Part shown: positions 37,455 through 47,435 of the stretch, piece after piece
Layout of the letters: each line of letters opens with the position of its first letter
How positions within the stretch are numbered: position 1 is the stretch's first letter
Program-made: the position numbers and the translations under genes
Assembly: GCA_963762115.1 (NCBI GenBank)
Contig: CAVXJH010000007.1
Location: 95,635-159,634 of the forward strand
Length of the DNA: 64,000 bases
Reading direction: 5' to 3'
Source of the DNA: Candidatus Babeliales bacterium
GTDB taxonomy: Bacteria; Babelota; Babeliae; Babelales; JANWKD01
Notes under the pieces: model-generated
Seen by the model: only the letters and a program-made list of their open reading frames with translations
Database searches by the model: none
What the model was told of the DNA's origin: nothing

Positions 37455-38312
37455 ATGTTCATGGCACAACTTATTCAAATGCGTCGACGCATTAAAGCAA
37501 TAGAAACAATAAAAAAAATTACGCACGCTATGCGCCTTATTGCCATGTCAACTCATTTACGGCTACGAGCAAAAAAAAATACCGTTGATTTTTTCAACAA
37601 TGAAATCACTTCGTTATTTGCTCATCTCTCTGTTTTAGAAAAAAAATGGGACCACCCACTCCTTAAAAAACAAAAATCCCCTGGTAAAACGTTAGTCATT
37701 CTTGTCGGTTCACAAAAAGGGCTTTGCGGCAACTTTAACACGGCATTATGTGCTTTTTTTGAACGAGAATTATTGAATCACGCCCAGGAGGATATAGAAA
37801 TTATCGCTGTAGGCAAAAAAATAGCTGAATATCTTCAAAAAAAACCTAACATTATCAAAGCTTTTAATGAGTTCAACACAAATAACTTACAAGCAATGAC
37901 GCAAGCAATCATTAATCACATCGTCAATTCAAAAGGCGCCTATAGTTCAGTGATACTCTATAGCAACATCTCAAAGTCATTTTTTACCCAAAAACCTCAA
38001 CAAACAACGTTAATTCCCCTGTCAACTCAAACAGCAAACATAAAACCTTCAGAGGATCTCCTTTCAGAATATGTTTGGGAACAAACACCAGAAGAAATAA
38101 TGAACTTTGTTATTGATCAACTGTTGTATAACACTCTCTACTACCTTCTCTTTCAATCCCTCATTGCCGAACAAGCATCACGCTTTATTGCTATGGATAA
38201 TTCAACAAGGAACGCGAGCAAATTACTTGATACCATGCGTTTAAATTATAATAAACTGCGTCAAAGCAAAATTACTCGCGAACTCACTGATCTAGCTGGT
38301 AGTTTTTTTTAA
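37455..38312 (+). CDS. atpG: F1 ATP synthase gamma subunit (stand-alone)
   Basis: KKITHAMRLIA, KGLCGNFN, EQASRFIAMDNSTRNA, NKLRQSKITREL. Confidence 0.95.
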   Translation: MFMAQLIQMRRRIKAIETIKKITHAMRLIAMSTHLRLRAKKNTVDFFNNEITSLFAHLSVLEKKWDHPLLKKQKSPGKTLVILVGSQKGLCGNFNTALCAFFERELLNHAQEDIEIIAVGKKIAEYLQKKPNIIKAFNEFNTNNLQAMTQAIINHIVNSKGAYSSVILYSNISKSFFTQKPQQTTLIPLSTQTANIKPSEDLLSEYVWEQTPEEIMNFVIDQLLYNTLYYLLFQSLIAEQASRFIAMDNSTRNASKLLDTMRLNYNKLRQSKITRELTDLAGSFF

Positions 38313-39638
38313 AATAATATTCGCCCCCAATAAGGCAAGTTTTTTTTCAAGTGATTCATAACCACGTTTCCAATGATGAATTCCCGTCATCACTGTTGTA
38401 CCTTTAGCTGCTAACCCCGCCAACACTAAAGCACACGATGCGCGAATGTCAGTTGCAATAACTGAAGCACCATAAAGCGCATCAACACCGGTTACTAAAA
38501 CACGATCTCCATTCACGGTAATTTGTGCACCCATTTTTTGTAATTCACGCACATGAAGAAAGCGATTTTCAAATACCGTTTCATGAATAACACTTTTACC
38601 TTCTGCCAAACATTGAACGGCCATCATTGATGCTTGCAAATCTGTTGGGAATCCAGGGTATGGACCTGTTGTAAAAGATACAGCGCGGGGTTGTTTTGTT
38701 GCATGGAGCGTAATTCCTTTTCCCGATTGACCTATCAATAAGGAATGTCCCATTTCCTGCAGTTTTAATAAAAATACTTCCATTACAGAAGCATCAGCAT
38801 CGGGTAACGAAATTGTTCCGCCTGTTACTGCTGCTGCTAACAATAACGCTCCTGCTTCAAGCCTATCATACATAACATGATGATTAATAGGACGTAATGC
38901 AGCAACCCCATGAATTTCGATAGTTGCTGGTGGCAAAACTTCAATATGCGCGCCCATAGCTCTTAAAACGGTTATCAAGTCTAAAACTTCTGGCTCCAAT
39001 GCAGCATTTATAATGTGTGTTACTCCTGGTGTTAATGCTGCTGACATCATTAAATTTTCTGTCGCACCAACACTTGGATATTCTAAAACAAGTGTCGCTG
39101 CCTTTAACTTTTTTGTTACACCGATTAAAAAATCACCATCGATGGTATAATCAACATTCATTTTTTCAAAATTCTTAATATGAAAATCAATCGGCCGATC
39201 ACCAATAGCACAACCGCCAGGCAAGGCGATTTCTGCTCGAGAGAAACGTGCCAACAAAGGCCCCATAACCAATATTGAAGCTCGCATTTTCTTCATAATG
39301 GTAGGATTAACTTTATAACTATTAATAAAGCGCGTATCAACTTCGAGCATATTTTTATCAGCATAAAAAATAATCTGGGCACCCAAATCACGTAATAATT
39401 CAATCATTTGTAAAACATCATCGGAACAAGGAACATTTGTTAAAACAGAAATTCCTTCAGTTAAAATCAGTGATGCAATAATAACCAAAACGGCATTTTT
39501 TGCCCCTGTTAATTGACTTTCACCTGCCAATCCTAATGATTGCTCAACAGTAAGTATTGCGTCAGTTGTTTGTGCAATGTTTGCATGATTATGCGTTATG
39601 TACTGCGTGGTTGATTGATTATCAAAACCTGTGTTCAT
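38292..39638 (-). CDS. murA: UDP-N-acetylglucosamine 1-carboxyvinyltransferase
   Basis: GAKNA, MRASILVMGPLL, LPGGCAIG, SVGATEN, PGFPTDLQ. Confidence 0.97.
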   Translation of the reverse strand: MNTGFDNQSTTQYITHNHANIAQTTDAILTVEQSLGLAGESQLTGAKNAVLVIIASLILTEGISVLTNVPCSDDVLQMIELLRDLGAQIIFYADKNMLEVDTRFINSYKVNPTIMKKMRASILVMGPLLARFSRAEIALPGGCAIGDRPIDFHIKNFEKMNVDYTIDGDFLIGVTKKLKAATLVLEYPSVGATENLMMSAALTPGVTHIINAALEPEVLDLITVLRAMGAHIEVLPPATIEIHGVAALRPINHHVMYDRLEAGALLLAAAVTGGTISLPDADASVMEVFLLKLQEMGHSLLIGQSGKGITLHATKQPRAVSFTTGPYPGFPTDLQASMMAVQCLAEGKSVIHETVFENRFLHVRELQKMGAQITVNGDRVLVTGVDALYGASVIATDIRASCALVLAGLAAKGTTVMTGIHHWKRGYESLEKKLALLGANIILKKTTS

Positions 39639-39831
39639 TGCTTAATTATCCTAGCTTGTATAATTTTCATCAAAAAAACGCAGAGTACTCTTTTACCAAT
39701 ATTTTATAATAAAATTATTTGTCAAAAGTAATATAAAACGTATTCTTTTACAAGAGTATCCTCAGTATTTACTCTTTAATTATAGATAAAAAATATTAAT
39801 TACCAACCCTTAAAAAAATAAAGTAACCATC

Positions 39832-40422
39832 ATGCAACACGACATAAAATCAAAAGGTATCCTTGAAGTAATTTGCGGCTCAATGTTTTCTGGAAAATCT
39901 GAAGAGCTCATTCGACGAATCAAACGAGCACAACTTGCAAAATTAAACGTTGTGGCATTTAAACATAGCTTAGATGATCGCACAACTATTGAACATGTTG
40001 CTTCACACAACGGCACCATGCTCAAGGCAATTGCCATTAAAGACCCTCAAGAAATAATGGATTTTGTCACCCCAGAAACCGTTGTTGTCGGCATCGATGA
40101 AGTACAATTTTTTTCCACGGCAATTATTAACGTCATTTGTAATCTTATTAATGCCGATAAGCGAGTTATTGTCGCAGGCCTCGATTTAGACTTCAAAGGA
40201 CTTCCTTTTGGGTGTATGCCAATCTTACTTGCCATTGCGGACTCTGTTACCAAATTAAAAGCAATTTGCATACAATGTGGCAAAGATGCACACTTTACTC
40301 AACGTTTGGTAAACGGAAAACCAGCACGCTACGATGACCCTATTGTTTTAATTGGTGCACAAGAAAGTTACCAAGCTTGTTGTCGTACCTGCCATAGCAT
40401 TGATCGATCGCCAGTATTTTAA
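39832..40422 (+). CDS. tdk: Thymidine kinase
   Basis: GSMFSGKSEELIRR, IDEVQF, VAGLD, zinc-binding Cys. Confidence 0.96.
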   Translation: MQHDIKSKGILEVICGSMFSGKSEELIRRIKRAQLAKLNVVAFKHSLDDRTTIEHVASHNGTMLKAIAIKDPQEIMDFVTPETVVVGIDEVQFFSTAIINVICNLINADKRVIVAGLDLDFKGLPFGCMPILLAIADSVTKLKAICIQCGKDAHFTQRLVNGKPARYDDPIVLIGAQESYQACCRTCHSIDRSPVF

Positions 40423-40423
40423 T

Positions 40424-41761
40424 ATGAGTAAGCAAAAAATAGAATTTTATTGTACCAACTGTGATTATAGACCACCCAAATGGCTTGGTTGTTGTCCTGA
40501 ATGCCAAGAATGGGGAAGTATTGCAGAAAAGCAACCGCCAAAACATACAGCAACCAACAATGGTGGCACCGCTTCTCTAACAACACTTGATACCATCGTT
40601 TCTGAGAAAAGAAGACGTATGCTTTCAGGTATTCATGAGTGGGATCGCGTTATGGGCGGTGGTATTATGCCAGGATCTTTGCTTATTTTAACCGGTGATC
40701 CCGGCATTGGAAAATCAACATTATTACTACAAGTTGCTCATCATCTTGCACAAAAATATACCGTTTTTTATTTTTCATCCGAAGAATCGTTAGAACAAGT
40801 CTCCATGAGAGCAGAACGCTTACAATGCAAAAACACAAAACTTTTATTTTCAGATCAAGGCGACCTTGAGACCATTATTTCAACAGCGGAACAAAAAAAA
40901 CCTGATTTAATTATTATTGACTCAATTCAAAATTGTTACTCACCAACAACACAAACAATTCCCGGTACCGTTGGGCAATTACGCGAAGCAGCATTTCATG
41001 TCATGCGCCTTGCCAAAGAAAACACAATCACCGTTATTTTAACAGGCCATATCACCAAAGAAGGCACCATGGCAGGCCCTAAAATGCTAGAGCACATGGT
41101 TGATGCCGTATTCTATTTACAAGGTGAAGATCGCTGGCAAACGCGCGTGTTGCGATCAGTAAAAAATCGTTTTGGCGGTATTAACGAACTTGGTTTTTTT
41201 GAAATGCAAGAACATGGCATGCAAGAAGTCGCCAACATCAATCAACAATTATTAAACGAAGCATCATATGCACCAGGATCAATGCTTATTAGTTATATTG
41301 AAGGCTCAAGACCATTGTTAATTGAACTACAAGCCCTCACTATTGCTTCAAAATTTGGCATGCCGCAAAGAGTTATTTCCGGCATAGATCAAAAACAAGT
41401 CATTATTATTGCTGCAATTTTGGAAAAATATTTACATATCAAATTTAGCTCGCAAGATATTTTTTTCAAAATAAGCGGTGGTTTTAAAATTAAAGAAAGC
41501 GGCATTGATTTGGGAATAGCTCTTGCACTTCTATCAAGTTATTTTCAAAAACCATTACCTGAAAAATCAATTGCTCTTGGAGAAATTAGTTTAACAGGAC
41601 AAATAAAACCAATTAATCAAATTGGTATTCATGCAACGGAAGCACAAAAATTTGGCATTGAAAAAATTTTAGTTGCAAAAAATCAAAAACTTGAAAAAAG
41701 CTCTACCTCAATTTTAAGATTTGGCACCGTTTATGAATTACTTACCCTGTTTAATGATTAA
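40424..41761 (+). CDS. radA: DNA repair protein RadA/Sms
   Basis: C4 zinc finger, GDPGIGKSTL, KNRFG; start moved to ATG 40424. Confidence 0.96.
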   Translation: MSKQKIEFYCTNCDYRPPKWLGCCPECQEWGSIAEKQPPKHTATNNGGTASLTTLDTIVSEKRRRMLSGIHEWDRVMGGGIMPGSLLILTGDPGIGKSTLLLQVAHHLAQKYTVFYFSSEESLEQVSMRAERLQCKNTKLLFSDQGDLETIISTAEQKKPDLIIIDSIQNCYSPTTQTIPGTVGQLREAAFHVMRLAKENTITVILTGHITKEGTMAGPKMLEHMVDAVFYLQGEDRWQTRVLRSVKNRFGGINELGFFEMQEHGMQEVANINQQLLNEASYAPGSMLISYIEGSRPLLIELQALTIASKFGMPQRVISGIDQKQVIIIAAILEKYLHIKFSSQDIFFKISGGFKIKESGIDLGIALALLSSYFQKPLPEKSIALGEISLTGQIKPINQIGIHATEAQKFGIEKILVAKNQKLEKSSTSILRFGTVYELLTLFND

Positions 41762-41769
41762 GCAAAGAT

Positions 41770-42324
41770 TCATTGAACAATACATTTTTGATTAGCATTT
41801 TTCTTCTTTGCAGGCATAGACAATCCACCGATTTTTCCAAGCAATACATTAACAACGCCTTGATTATTACCAGCACAGGCAATTGCTAAAAACGTCAGTT
41901 CATCTTCTATAGTTCCCAAGTCAATATCATTTTCTAAAAGTAATTGTGCTGAATCTTCATGCCCCTCAGATACACACGAACATAACAATTTCTGCATAAT
42001 CATTTGTTTATGTTCAGGATGTATCAAAAATAAATATGCTTCAGTTGTTTGTCGAATAGCAGTAACACCGGTCTTTTGAAGGTCAAATGCACACATCGAT
42101 AATGCATTTTTTTCATATAACTCTTTTGCTTCAAGCAACGTTAAAAATTCAGGCTTAAATTTTTCAAAGTTTCCTGAAAAAGTATTAACTTGTTCAGAAG
42201 TTAACTCCGAAGCCAATAAGGCCATATAATAAGCCGATTTATTCAATTTTTTATACTCCATAGAAAAAAGTAACAACATAGGTAAGTTCAACAAAAAAAA
42301 GAATGGAAATATTTTTTTCTTCAT
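41770..42324 (-). CDS. Secreted ankyrin-like protein with polybasic CaaX tail
   Basis: Signal ...LLLFS|MEY; ankyrin-like units (EGHEDSAQLLLEN; TFLAIACAGNNQGVVNVLL); ends AKKKNANQKCIVQ. Confidence 0.8.
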   Translation of the reverse strand: MKKKIFPFFFLLNLPMLLLFSMEYKKLNKSAYYMALLASELTSEQVNTFSGNFEKFKPEFLTLLEAKELYEKNALSMCAFDLQKTGVTAIRQTTEAYLFLIHPEHKQMIMQKLLCSCVSEGHEDSAQLLLENDIDLGTIEDELTFLAIACAGNNQGVVNVLLGKIGGLSMPAKKKNANQKCIVQ

Positions 42325-42498
42325 AATAAACCTCAAAAAATAGCTGTTTTTTGCTTTTTTAACCTATCACAGAAATAACTTTTGCTGCAATACCATAATA
42401 ATTAAAATTAACTTGACAGTTTGAATTATTATGGTACAATACTATTGTTATAATATATTTTTCTTAAAAATATTAATTATTTAAAAAGGACACAAATT

Positions 42499-42774
42499 AT
42501 GAATACATTAAATAAAATATTTTTCCTTATTGTAGGAACAATCAGTTTAAATGCTTTTGCAATGGAAAATGACGATAGAACACAATTAGAGTTTGCGCGA
42601 AGCTTGTTAAGAAGAAATAGATCTGAAGATCTTTTTCCTTTTCCTAAAATGACTAAAGAAGAATTAGAAGCTTTAGAAGATGATATCACCGCAGAATTAG
42701 CTAAAATCGACGACATGTTCATTTTTCCAGAAGACAAGGACAAGCAAGACAATAACGACGAAAAAAAATCATAA
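42499..42774 (+). CDS. Small acidic secreted protein
   Basis: Signal ...SLNAFA|MEN; AAGGA RBS; TTGACA-N16-TACAAT at 42413-42440. Confidence 0.8.
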   Translation: MNTLNKIFFLIVGTISLNAFAMENDDRTQLEFARSLLRRNRSEDLFPFPKMTKEELEALEDDITAELAKIDDMFIFPEDKDKQDNNDEKKS

Positions 42775-42936
42775 AATAAACAAACTATCACGATTTTTTA
42801 TAGCCAATGAAAAGATATATGCTTTCATTGGCTATTTCTATAATTAAACAAATCACCTTTTTTTCTATCGACAAAATATCTATTCCTTGTATTTTTAATA
42901 TCATTATTAGATTTATATAAAAATAAGGATAGATGT

Positions 42937-45900
42937 ATGCATTATCGCTTTCATGGTTTAACAAAAACACCTTTGTTTTGGCTCGCTTTTCTTTTTATTT
43001 TTTTATCTGGTAGTTGGTTTTCATTTCATTACTTTTCTCAAGCATTTCCCATCATTGATCTTGAAATAACGATGGATAGACAAAATGCACTTAGTGCAGC
43101 AAAAAAACTGAGCGAGCAACATCATTGGGGTCCATCAGATTTTAAACAAGCCGCATCATTTGAAGTGGATAATGAAACTAAAAATTTCATAGAATTAGAA
43201 GGTGGAGGGTTATCAAAATTTAAAGAAATACTCAAAGATCATGATTATTCACCATATACATGGTCTGTTAGACAGTTCAAAGAATATACCGTCAATGAAG
43301 TAACCATTTTTTTCACTCCTGAAGGAAGGCCTTATGGTTTCAAAGAAACTATAGCAGAAGATAAACAGGGTCCTGCTCTTTCTCAAGATCAGGCACGTGC
43401 ATTAGCAATTGCCCAAGCAACGCAAGATTGGCATATTGATTTTACTCATTTTGCACAAGCAGAAACTTCTCAAGAAATTAGACCTAATGGGCGAATTGAT
43501 CATACTTTTGTTTATGAACACACTGATAAAAAAATTGGTGAAGCTCCTTATAGGCTCACGTTAGTTATTAGCGGAGATACCTTTACCCAATTAAAACGAT
43601 CAATAAAAGTTCCAGAAAATTTTACCCGCCGCTATCAAGAAATGCGCTCAAGTAATAATATGATTGCTTTTATAGCACTCGTAGCAATAATTATTTTATA
43701 TGTTTTTGGTGGCTTCATTGCTCTCTTTTATTTACTCAGAAGACGATGGTTATTATGGAAAATTCCTCTCATTTTTGGCATCATAATCGGCATATTACAA
43801 GCAGCAGTTCTTCTCAATGAACTTCCTCTTTATTGGAAAATATATCCGACATCACTTTCACTGCAAAGCTTTATAGGACAAATTCTTCTACAAACATTTA
43901 TCATATGCTGCGCCTATTGCTCAATTGGAACGCTTATTATCATGCTTGCTGAAAGTTTATCACGAAAAGCATTTGGTCATCATATTCAATTATGGCGTGT
44001 TTGGAGTAAAACCGCGGGGCATTCACTACAGATTATTGGACGCACTATCGGCGGCTATTTGATTCTTGGTTTTGATTTTGCCTTTGCCATTGGACTCTAT
44101 TATGTTACCTTACGTTATTTTGGCTGGTGGTCACCTTCTGAAGAACTCTATAACCCTAATATTCTTGCACATTATCTTCCATGGCTTTCACCGCTTGTTC
44201 TTTCATTTTCTGCTGGTTTTTTGGAAGAATGTCTCTTTCGAGCAGTCCCTCTTTCCTGTGCTGCTCTATTAGGAAATCGATTTGGTAAACGTACTTTATG
44301 GATTACCGGTGCCTTTATTCTTCAGGCAATAATTTTTGGTGCCGCCCATGCGAACTATCCGGCTCAACCGGCATATGCACGTCTCATCGAACTCATTATT
44401 CCTTCTTTTGTTTTTGGCGGAATCTATTTACAATTTGGCCTGTTAACTTCAATAATTTCACATTATATATATGATGTTGTTTGGTTTGCCTTACCAATTT
44501 TTGTTTCTTCAGCACCAACTATTTTTTTTGATAAAATAATTATTATAATCGGTATTCTATTACCTCTCCTTGTTGTTATATTCAGAGTTATACAAGCTAA
44601 AAAGATAACGACCTTACCAACCTATTTTTATAATAAGGCTTGGCAAGCACCAGTAGAACATCACGACAATGCTCCCCATGAAAAAATAAACAAACCTACT
44701 ATAAAAAAATTAAATAGTTATTATTTTTATAGTATTTTTAGCATAGGTTGTTTTGCCTTATTACTATGGAGTTTAACAACTCATTTTCATCACCATGGAC
44801 TACCTGTTGAATTAAATCGACAAGAGGCTATAAAAATAGCTCAAAATAGCATTGACGAATCAACGCCTCATTGGCAGCCTTTATCCAATGTTATGAAAAA
44901 TTTACCAACTCAAGAAGAAGAACAAAAAATGCAACATCTTTTTGCTTGGAGAACAGCAGGAAAAAATGCCTACCAACAATTATTATCAGAAAATTATTTG
45001 AAACCTTATGCTTGGTTTATTCGATTTGTTCATTTTAATGGTGATGTAACGCAAAGAGCCGAAGAATACCAAATAACCTTGAGACAAAAAAATACTCTTA
45101 TTGAAAAAAAACATATTTTTGCTGAAAATGCCTTCCTCCCTTCTTTATCTCTTGAAGAGGCACGCAAAAAGACTCACGAAGTTTTACAAAATAATTTTAA
45201 TATTATGCCAAACACAGCAACCGAAATTTCTGCTTCTCCCAAAAAACAACCTGAACGAACTGATTGGGTCTTTATTTATAAAGTACCATCTACGGTTAAT
45301 TTGCAAGATGGACAACAGCGCATTACTATCTCTCTTGCTGGCGATCAAGTCAATGATGCTTATCAATCACTCTTTGTGCCTGAAACATGGAAACGTGAAT
45401 ACACAGAGCAAAAAGCTTATGAAGGCATTATAAAAACATTATCTGATTTTATTTTTATAATCATTATGGTTTGTGCCATCGCTTTATTAGCCACTCAATT
45501 CAATTTTCATTATTTTTCATGGCAAGCATTTTTAATTTTCTTTAGTATTCTCTTCATTAAATCGCTAATTCAGACGTATAACATTTGGCCAACAGCTGAA
45601 ATATATTTTTCCACCATTGAACCATTTGATCATCAATTATGGCAAACATTACTTTTGTGGTTTATTATCGCCTTAGGAAAATCAGCGTTAATTGGCATTT
45701 TGGCTGCTGCAATCATATCCATATATATGAAATCATCACAATTTAAAGAAAATTTATTTTCTCGAATAATTATTGCTCTCAGTACCGGAACTTTAGTAGC
45801 TAGTTTCCATAGCATACTTGGTTATTTTACTCATCCTCGCACACCCTTATTACCCGATTTTGCTCCGGCAGGTGCTTATTTCCCCGCTTTGAGCGCAGGA

Positions 45901-46323
45901 TTACTCAATCTAACTTTCTTTATAGAAACAACAACCATATTCATGGCCCTCATAGTTGCTTGTGATATTTTCACCAATGGATGGCAACAACGAAAAATAT
46001 ATTTCATCGCCCTTTCTTCATTGCTTGGTATCGTATTTATGGGGCACAACATAGAAGCTTCAACTCTTATGCACTGTGTAAGTGGGGGAATTATTCTTGG
46101 TTTGCTTTTTTGCACAGCATACGTTTATATACTCCGCTTTGATAAAAATATATTGCCCTGTGTTATTGGGGCATATATTCTTTTAAACACCTTTCAACAA
46201 ATGTTTTTTAATGCTTATTCTGGTGCATTTCTTGGCGGTGTTATAAGTAGTATACTCATTATCACTATGATACTGCTTTGGTTATGTATCTTACAGAAAA
46301 ATGATCGACAAAGCATACAATAA
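42937..46323 (+). CDS. Large CPBP (Abi/CAAX protease) family intramembrane metalloprotease
   Basis: EECLFR, FGAAH, SHYIYD motifs; many TMs; two similar extracytoplasmic domains. Confidence 0.85.
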   Translation: MHYRFHGLTKTPLFWLAFLFIFLSGSWFSFHYFSQAFPIIDLEITMDRQNALSAAKKLSEQHHWGPSDFKQAASFEVDNETKNFIELEGGGLSKFKEILKDHDYSPYTWSVRQFKEYTVNEVTIFFTPEGRPYGFKETIAEDKQGPALSQDQARALAIAQATQDWHIDFTHFAQAETSQEIRPNGRIDHTFVYEHTDKKIGEAPYRLTLVISGDTFTQLKRSIKVPENFTRRYQEMRSSNNMIAFIALVAIIILYVFGGFIALFYLLRRRWLLWKIPLIFGIIIGILQAAVLLNELPLYWKIYPTSLSLQSFIGQILLQTFIICCAYCSIGTLIIMLAESLSRKAFGHHIQLWRVWSKTAGHSLQIIGRTIGGYLILGFDFAFAIGLYYVTLRYFGWWSPSEELYNPNILAHYLPWLSPLVLSFSAGFLEECLFRAVPLSCAALLGNRFGKRTLWITGAFILQAIIFGAAHANYPAQPAYARLIELIIPSFVFGGIYLQFGLLTSIISHYIYDVVWFALPIFVSSAPTIFFDKIIIIIGILLPLLVVIFRVIQAKKITTLPTYFYNKAWQAPVEHHDNAPHEKINKPTIKKLNSYYFYSIFSIGCFALLLWSLTTHFHHHGLPVELNRQEAIKIAQNSIDESTPHWQPLSNVMKNLPTQEEEQKMQHLFAWRTAGKNAYQQLLSENYLKPYAWFIRFVHFNGDVTQRAEEYQITLRQKNTLIEKKHIFAENAFLPSLSLEEARKKTHEVLQNNFNIMPNTATEISASPKKQPERTDWVFIYKVPSTVNLQDGQQRITISLAGDQVNDAYQSLFVPETWKREYTEQKAYEGIIKTLSDFIFIIIMVCAIALLATQFNFHYFSWQAFLIFFSILFIKSLIQTYNIWPTAEIYFSTIEPFDHQLWQTLLLWFIIALGKSALIGILAAAIISIYMKSSQFKENLFSRIIIALSTGTLVASFHSILGYFTHPRTPLLPDFAPAGAYFPALSAGLLNLTFFIETTTIFMALIVACDIFTNGWQQRKIYFIALSSLLGIVFMGHNIEASTLMHCVSGGIILGLLFCTAYVYILRFDKNILPCVIGAYILLNTFQQMFFNAYSGAFLGGVISSILIITMILLWLCILQKNDRQSIQ

Positions 46324-46368
46324 CATTTGCAGTAAGGATGATCACATGCATTTATAAGCTCATCCTTA

Positions 46369-47427
46369 CTATTTTAACCACTTCTTAACTCTTTCAATTT
46401 TTTCAATCTGCTCAAATGCAAAAATGAGAGTTTTATCATAGCCAGGAATAATTGATTCAACAACAGTGTCAATAAAATATTCAATTGAAAAAACTAGCGC
46501 AGCGTCACTGGCAAAAAAATTGCGAATATTTTGTAAGTATTTATTATACTGCTCTTCCGGCATAGTTTTCAAAAAATAATATAACTCATCCAATGTTGCA
46601 AATTTTTCTCGAGCAATATAACAATTTGATGGAATATGCGCAGCGATATTTGCAGCACCAAGGTAAACAGGAACGCATCCCGCAACAAATGAATCAAAAA
46701 TCTTTTCGGTGATATAACCGCCATTATTACGCATGTTTTCGTAGCATATTGAAAATTTATATTGCTTCAAATAAGGAACTTTATGATCTACAAGACCTTT
46801 ATACGTAGAAAAAAAACGTGCATCCCAGCCGACACCATAAAAATCAAAATCTTCTGGAGCATTTTGTTCAAAATAATTAATGGCTCCTAAACGCTGAGAA
46901 TATAATTCAAGCGGATGTAACGAATTTTTATTGCATGAAATAAGCGTACACAATTTTTTTTGAGCGAATGGAACGACATCATCAATCATAGATAGCGCAG
47001 GTTGCGGATAATAGAATTTATGATATTTTTTCCCATCAACCAACCCATCAAACATAGTAAATACCCTGCCAAAAGCTTGATGCAAAATTCTATAATACGT
47101 ATGCGATAAAACGGTTGGCGGCTCCCACAAAAAAAGTATCCATTTTGCAACGTCATGATTAAATTCACTCGTATATGGTATTGTGTCAAATACAATTGTC
47201 TGTACCAATTCATTACATGCTTGCTCCATTGATACTACCTTGAATTCATATCCCAATGTATCTAATGCATCTCTTAAATCACATAAAGCTTTCATACAAT
47301 TATCACGTGCGTGAACATTAAAAAAACTGTTAGGATTTTCGCCTCCTGAAAGTGGCACTAAATTTATAGTAATAGCACTCATGGAATGCATCATAAAAAA
47401 CAAGAAAAATAGCTTATTTATGGTCAT
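46369..47427 (-). CDS. GT10 fucosyltransferase-like glycosyltransferase with signal peptide
   Basis: YKFSICYEN...GYITEKIFD...VPVYLG; WEPP; hydrophobic N-terminus. Confidence 0.85.
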   Translation of the reverse strand: MTINKLFFLFFMMHSMSAITINLVPLSGGENPNSFFNVHARDNCMKALCDLRDALDTLGYEFKVVSMEQACNELVQTIVFDTIPYTSEFNHDVAKWILFLWEPPTVLSHTYYRILHQAFGRVFTMFDGLVDGKKYHKFYYPQPALSMIDDVVPFAQKKLCTLISCNKNSLHPLELYSQRLGAINYFEQNAPEDFDFYGVGWDARFFSTYKGLVDHKVPYLKQYKFSICYENMRNNGGYITEKIFDSFVAGCVPVYLGAANIAAHIPSNCYIAREKFATLDELYYFLKTMPEEQYNKYLQNIRNFFASDAALVFSIEYFIDTVVESIIPGYDKTLIFAFEQIEKIERVKKWLK

Positions 47428-47435
47428 ACTTACAT

